NCBI RefSeq assembly: GCF_020885515.1
Contig: NZ_AP024987.1
Location: 660,001 to 692,000, forward strand
Reading direction: 5' to 3'
Source of the DNA: a cyanobacterium endosymbiont of Braarudosphaera bigelowii
GTDB lineage: Bacteria > Cyanobacteriota > Cyanobacteriia > Cyanobacteriales > Microcystaceae
Length of the DNA stretch: 32,000 nucleotides
How positions within the stretch are numbered: position 1 is the stretch's first letter; each line of letters opens with the position of its first letter. This document shows positions 29,051-32,000 of the stretch, one piece after another. Both the position numbers and the translations under genes were made by a program. Under the pieces are notes generated by a model. The model was not told the DNA's origin. It saw only the letters and a list, made by a program, of their open reading frames with translations, and made no database searches.

Positions 29051-29905
29051 TTGCCAGAATTACCTGAAGTTGAGAGCATTTGCCGGAAACTTAACGAACT
29101 AACTGCCGGCCACACTATCTGGGGAGGACAAGTGTTATTACCACGTTCACTTGCCTACCCCTTTTCTGTGCAAGAATTTTGTAATTTTGTTGATAATATT
29201 AATCTAAAAATATGGAGTAGAAGAGGAAAGTATTTATTAGCAGAGTTGGATAGTAATAAGGGATGGATGGTGTTTCATCTTAGAATGACAGGACAATTGT
29301 TATGGACTCAACAGAGCGAACCATTTTCAAAACATACTCGTCTCCGCTTTTTTTGCACAAGTTCTTATGAATTAAGGTTCGTAGATATTCGAACTTTTGG
29401 CAAGGTATGGTTAATTCCTCCATCCCATAATCCAGAGGATATAGTTATCGGATTAAAAAAATTAGGGATAGAACCTTTATCAGATGATTTTTCAGTTAAT
29501 TATCTTACTGAAAAATTAACAAGCTATAAACGTAACATTAAAACTCTTTTACTCGATCAATCAATCATTGCAGGAATTGGAAATATATATGCCGATGAAG
29601 CTTTGTTTAGAAGCGGTATTCATCCAGAGACTAAAGGTATTGAACTAAATATTAAACAAATCAAAAATTTAAGAAAAGCTATTATTGAAGTTCTAAATAA
29701 ATCTATCGAAAAAGGAGGGACAACCTTCAGTAATTTTCTAAATATTACTGGTAATAAAGGTAACTATGCAAAAATTGCTTGGGTTTATGGAAGGAGTAAT
29801 ATGTCTTGCCGTATTTGTAATACTTCGATTAAGCGTATTAAGTTAAGCGGTAGATCTTCCCATTTTTGTCCCAAGTGTCAACAACATAATAAATTACTTA
29901 AGTAA
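29051..29905 (+). CDS. mutM: Formamidopyrimidine-DNA glycosylase
   Basis: N-terminal (M)PELPEVE catalytic Pro/Glu, a helix-two-turn-helix region (LLDQSIIAGIGNIYADEALF) and a C-terminal zinc finger CRICNT...HFCPKCQ. The start codon is TTG, 17 nt after the psaE stop. Confidence 0.93.
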   Translation: MPELPEVESICRKLNELTAGHTIWGGQVLLPRSLAYPFSVQEFCNFVDNINLKIWSRRGKYLLAELDSNKGWMVFHLRMTGQLLWTQQSEPFSKHTRLRFFCTSSYELRFVDIRTFGKVWLIPPSHNPEDIVIGLKKLGIEPLSDDFSVNYLTEKLTSYKRNIKTLLLDQSIIAGIGNIYADEALFRSGIHPETKGIELNIKQIKNLRKAIIEVLNKSIEKGGTTFSNFLNITGNKGNYAKIAWVYGRSNMSCRICNTSIKRIKLSGRSSHFCPKCQQHNKLLK

Positions 29906-29969
29906 TTCTTTTATTATACTTGACAAATAGGGAAGTACTTTGCTAAATTTATATACGTCTTCACATTAA

Positions 29970-30041
29970 TGGGGTGTAGCCAAGCGGTAAGGCAGCGGGT
30001 TTTGGTCTCGCCATTCCTGGGTTCGAATCCTAGCACCCCAG
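29970..30041 (+). tRNA. tRNA-Gln (anticodon UUG), CCA not encoded
   Basis: Manual fold: acceptor stem TGGGGTG/CACCCCA, anticodon stem GCGGG/CTCGC with loop TTTTGGT (anticodon TTG), T arm CTGGG-TTCGAAT-CCTAG and discriminator G. It is collinear with E. coli tRNA-Gln. Confidence 0.93.
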
Positions 30042-30360
30042 TCATATTAATTAACGAAAATTAGCTTTCATATTCATAGATTTTTAAGTATATTAAATAG
30101 TAAGAATTATATTAATATTCTTATTATTTAATATTTATTTTTGAGAGAATTAAATTTCTAACAATAATTTAATCTATAAAAAGTAAATTTAATTTGTTAA
30201 TATAATTTATTTTTAAATTATATTAATCTAGACTGTAAAATTTTATAATTTAGAAGCTTACTGTACTGTTGAACAATATAGTTGTCATGAAAATTAAGAG
30301 ATGTATAGTAAGTAAAGGAAGGTTCCCCGGTATAGGTTTTTGTAAAAAGAAAGGAAATCC

Positions 30361-32000
30361 ATGGCACAACAGTTAAAGTTTATAAAAACTGGCAAAATTA
30401 TTTCAACATCTCTACATACGGAAATGAGACATTCGTACCTAGAGTATGCCATGAGTGTAATTGTAGGAAGAGCTTTGCCAGACGCAAGAGATGGATTAAA
30501 ACCTGTTCACCGTCGTATTCTTTATGCCATGCATGAATTAGGTTTAACTCCTGAACGACCTTTTCGTAAATGTGCCCGCGTAGTAGGCGATGTCCTCGGT
30601 AAATATCATCCTCATGGTGATCAGGCTGTATATGATGCTCTAGTTCGAATGGTGCAAGAGTTTTCAAGTCGCTACCCTTTGCTTTCGGGACATGGAAATT
30701 TTGGCTCTATAGATAATGATCCACCTGCAGCAATGCGTTATACGGAAACTAGGCTTTCCTCTATTGCAAGTTATGGAATGCTTGGAAAAATTAGTGAAAA
30801 TATTGTTGATTTCAATAATAATTTTGACAATTCTCAACAAGAACCTATTGTTCTTCCTAGTAAGTTTCCTAACTTACTGGTTAACGGTTGTACAGGCATC
30901 GCTGTAGGAATGGCTACTAATATTCCTCCACATAATTTAGGAGAGTTAGTAGATGGATTAATAGCCTTAATAGAGAAACCCGAGCTATCTAATGAAAAAT
31001 TATGGGAAATAATTCCTGGTCCAGATTTCCCCACTGGAGGTGAAATTATTCAAACGGAAGGAATTAGAGATGCTTACCGTGACGGAAAAGGGATAATTAA
31101 AGTTCGTGGAGTAGTTAATATAGAAAAGATCAATGTAGGCAAAAAGAGACGCCAAGAGAGAACAGCATTAATAATAACTGAGCTTCCTTATCAAGTAAAT
31201 AAATCCGCGTGGATTGAAAAAATTGCTGATTTAGTTAATTGTGGACGTCTAGAAGGTTTAGCAGATATTAGAGATGAAAGTGATCGTACCGGAATGAGGG
31301 TGGTAATAGAGTTAAAAAGGGATGCAGTTACTAAATTAGTTCTTAAAGAGTTATATAGAAAAACAGCTTTAGAACATAATTTTGGCGCAATTATGTTGGC
31401 TTTAGTTAATAATCAACCACGAAAACTATCTTTACGTGAGTTGTTGGAAGAATTTTTAAAATTTCGAGAAAATACTTTAACTCGTCAATACGGCAATGAA
31501 TTGAAAAATTGTCAAGATCAGTCACATATTTTAGAAGGATTACTAGTTGCTTTAAAAAACTTAGATAAAGTAATTAATATTTTGTGTGATTCTGGAGATT
31601 CAACGATTGCCAAAGAAAGATTGCAAAAAGAGTTGAATTTGAATGAGAAACAAGCCGATGGCGTTTTAGTAATGCCTATGCGACGATTAACTGGGTTGGA
31701 AAGAAAAAAGATTGAAACAGAATATAAAGAATTACAAGCCAGGATTAATCAGTTAGAAGTTTTATTAAAAAATCGTAAGGAATTTTTAAAAGAATTAAAA
31801 AAAGAACTACGTTCTCTTAAAAATAAATATGGAGATATCCGTCGTACTAAAATTATTCAAAAAGATGCTATACAAACAAACAGTTATGAACCCCAAACAA
31901 TTGATATTCAAAAACAATCAGTATTACAAAATAAAAAGAGAATACCCCGTGAGTCTAAACAATCAAACTTCGTCCCATCCAAAGATTCTATTTTAGAGAT
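30361..32000 (+). CDS. gyrA: DNA gyrase subunit A (3' end lies outside the window)
   Basis: The frame stays open from the ATG at 30361 to the window end, so it is not in the ORF track. It contains [33 protein letters not shown], the QRDR segment KYHPHGD and the active-site context AAMRYTE. AAAGGAAA lies upstream of the ATG. Confidence 0.95.
   Translation, partial: MAQQLKFIKTGKIISTSLHTEMRHSYLEYAMSVIVGRALPDARDGLKPVHRRILYAMHELGLTPERPFRKCARVVGDVLGKYHPHGDQAVYDALVRMVQEFSSRYPLLSGHGNFGSIDNDPPAAMRYTETRLSSIASYGMLGKISENIVDFNNNFDNSQQEPIVLPSKFPNLLVNGCTGIAVGMATNIPPHNLGELVDGLIALIEKPELSNEKLWEIIPGPDFPTGGEIIQTEGIRDAYRDGKGIIKVRGVVNIEKINVGKKRRQERTALIITELPYQVNKSAWIEKIADLVNCGRLEGLADIRDESDRTGMRVVIELKRDAVTKLVLKELYRKTALEHNFGAIMLALVNNQPRKLSLRELLEEFLKFRENTLTRQYGNELKNCQDQSHILEGLLVALKNLDKVINILCDSGDSTIAKERLQKELNLNEKQADGVLVMPMRRLTGLERKKIETEYKELQARINQLEVLLKNRKEFLKELKKELRSLKNKYGDIRRTKIIQKDAIQTNSYEPQTIDIQKQSVLQNKKRIPRESKQSNFVPSKDSILE

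Noticed and set aside
30398-31034. Three ORFs in the track (30398-30667 minus, 30716-30907 plus, 30834-31034 minus)
   Set aside because: All three lie within the gyrA reading frame that is open from 30361 to the window end. gyrA is missing from the track only because it has no stop codon in the window.
1-32000. Search for CRISPR arrays, transposases, integrases, phage genes, toxin-antitoxin pairs or defence islands
   Set aside because: None was found. The only repeat is the 256-bp tandem duplication, no ORF has mobile-element or defence-system motifs, and the only defence-like gene (dcm) is solitary.

Overview
This is a visibly AT-rich stretch of cyanobacterial chromosome (roughly 30% G+C by eye, not computed). 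I can support 29 protein-coding genes, one tRNA-Gln and one duplication-derived chimeric ORF.

The content is almost entirely core housekeeping:
- DNA transactions: polA (5' truncated by the window edge), gyrA (3' truncated; absent from the ORF track because it has no stop in the window), mutM and a solitary dcm-type C5 methyltransferase.
- Translation and targeting: glyQ, ffh, rsmI, a tRNA-dihydrouridine synthase and yidD.
- Metabolism: riboflavin synthase, guaA and pgsA.
- Proteolysis: an S41 C-terminal processing protease, tldD and clpS.
- Cyanobacterial hallmark genes: psaE, pcyA and vipp1.
- An ABC-2 ATPase/permease pair.

Protein sequences look like beta-cyanobacteria (Cyanothece/Synechocystis-like). 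Intergenic spacers are unusually long (about 270-600 bp) and ORF-free. This fits a genome-reduced or symbiont-type cyanobacterium, but that cannot be confirmed without a database search.

I see no CRISPR array, transposase, integrase, prophage or recognisable defence island, so I cannot honestly claim a new multi-gene system.

The observations most worth a second look are:
1. A base-perfect 256-bp head-to-tail tandem duplication across the ABC ATPase/permease junction. It leaves both genes intact and creates a 65-aa chimeric ORF.
2. An A9 homopolymer that separates the conserved N-terminus and ATG of the dihydrouridine synthase from the rest of the gene. This could be a frameshift, slippage or a sequencing error.
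3. Unusually long perfect AT-rich hairpins: a 64-nt palindrome engulfing the guaA stop codon and a 48-nt hairpin upstream of guaA.
4. An orphan Dcm methyltransferase with no nuclease or Vsr partner.
5. A protein with a degenerate GIY-YIG-like N-terminus and a coiled coil, divergent from ffh.
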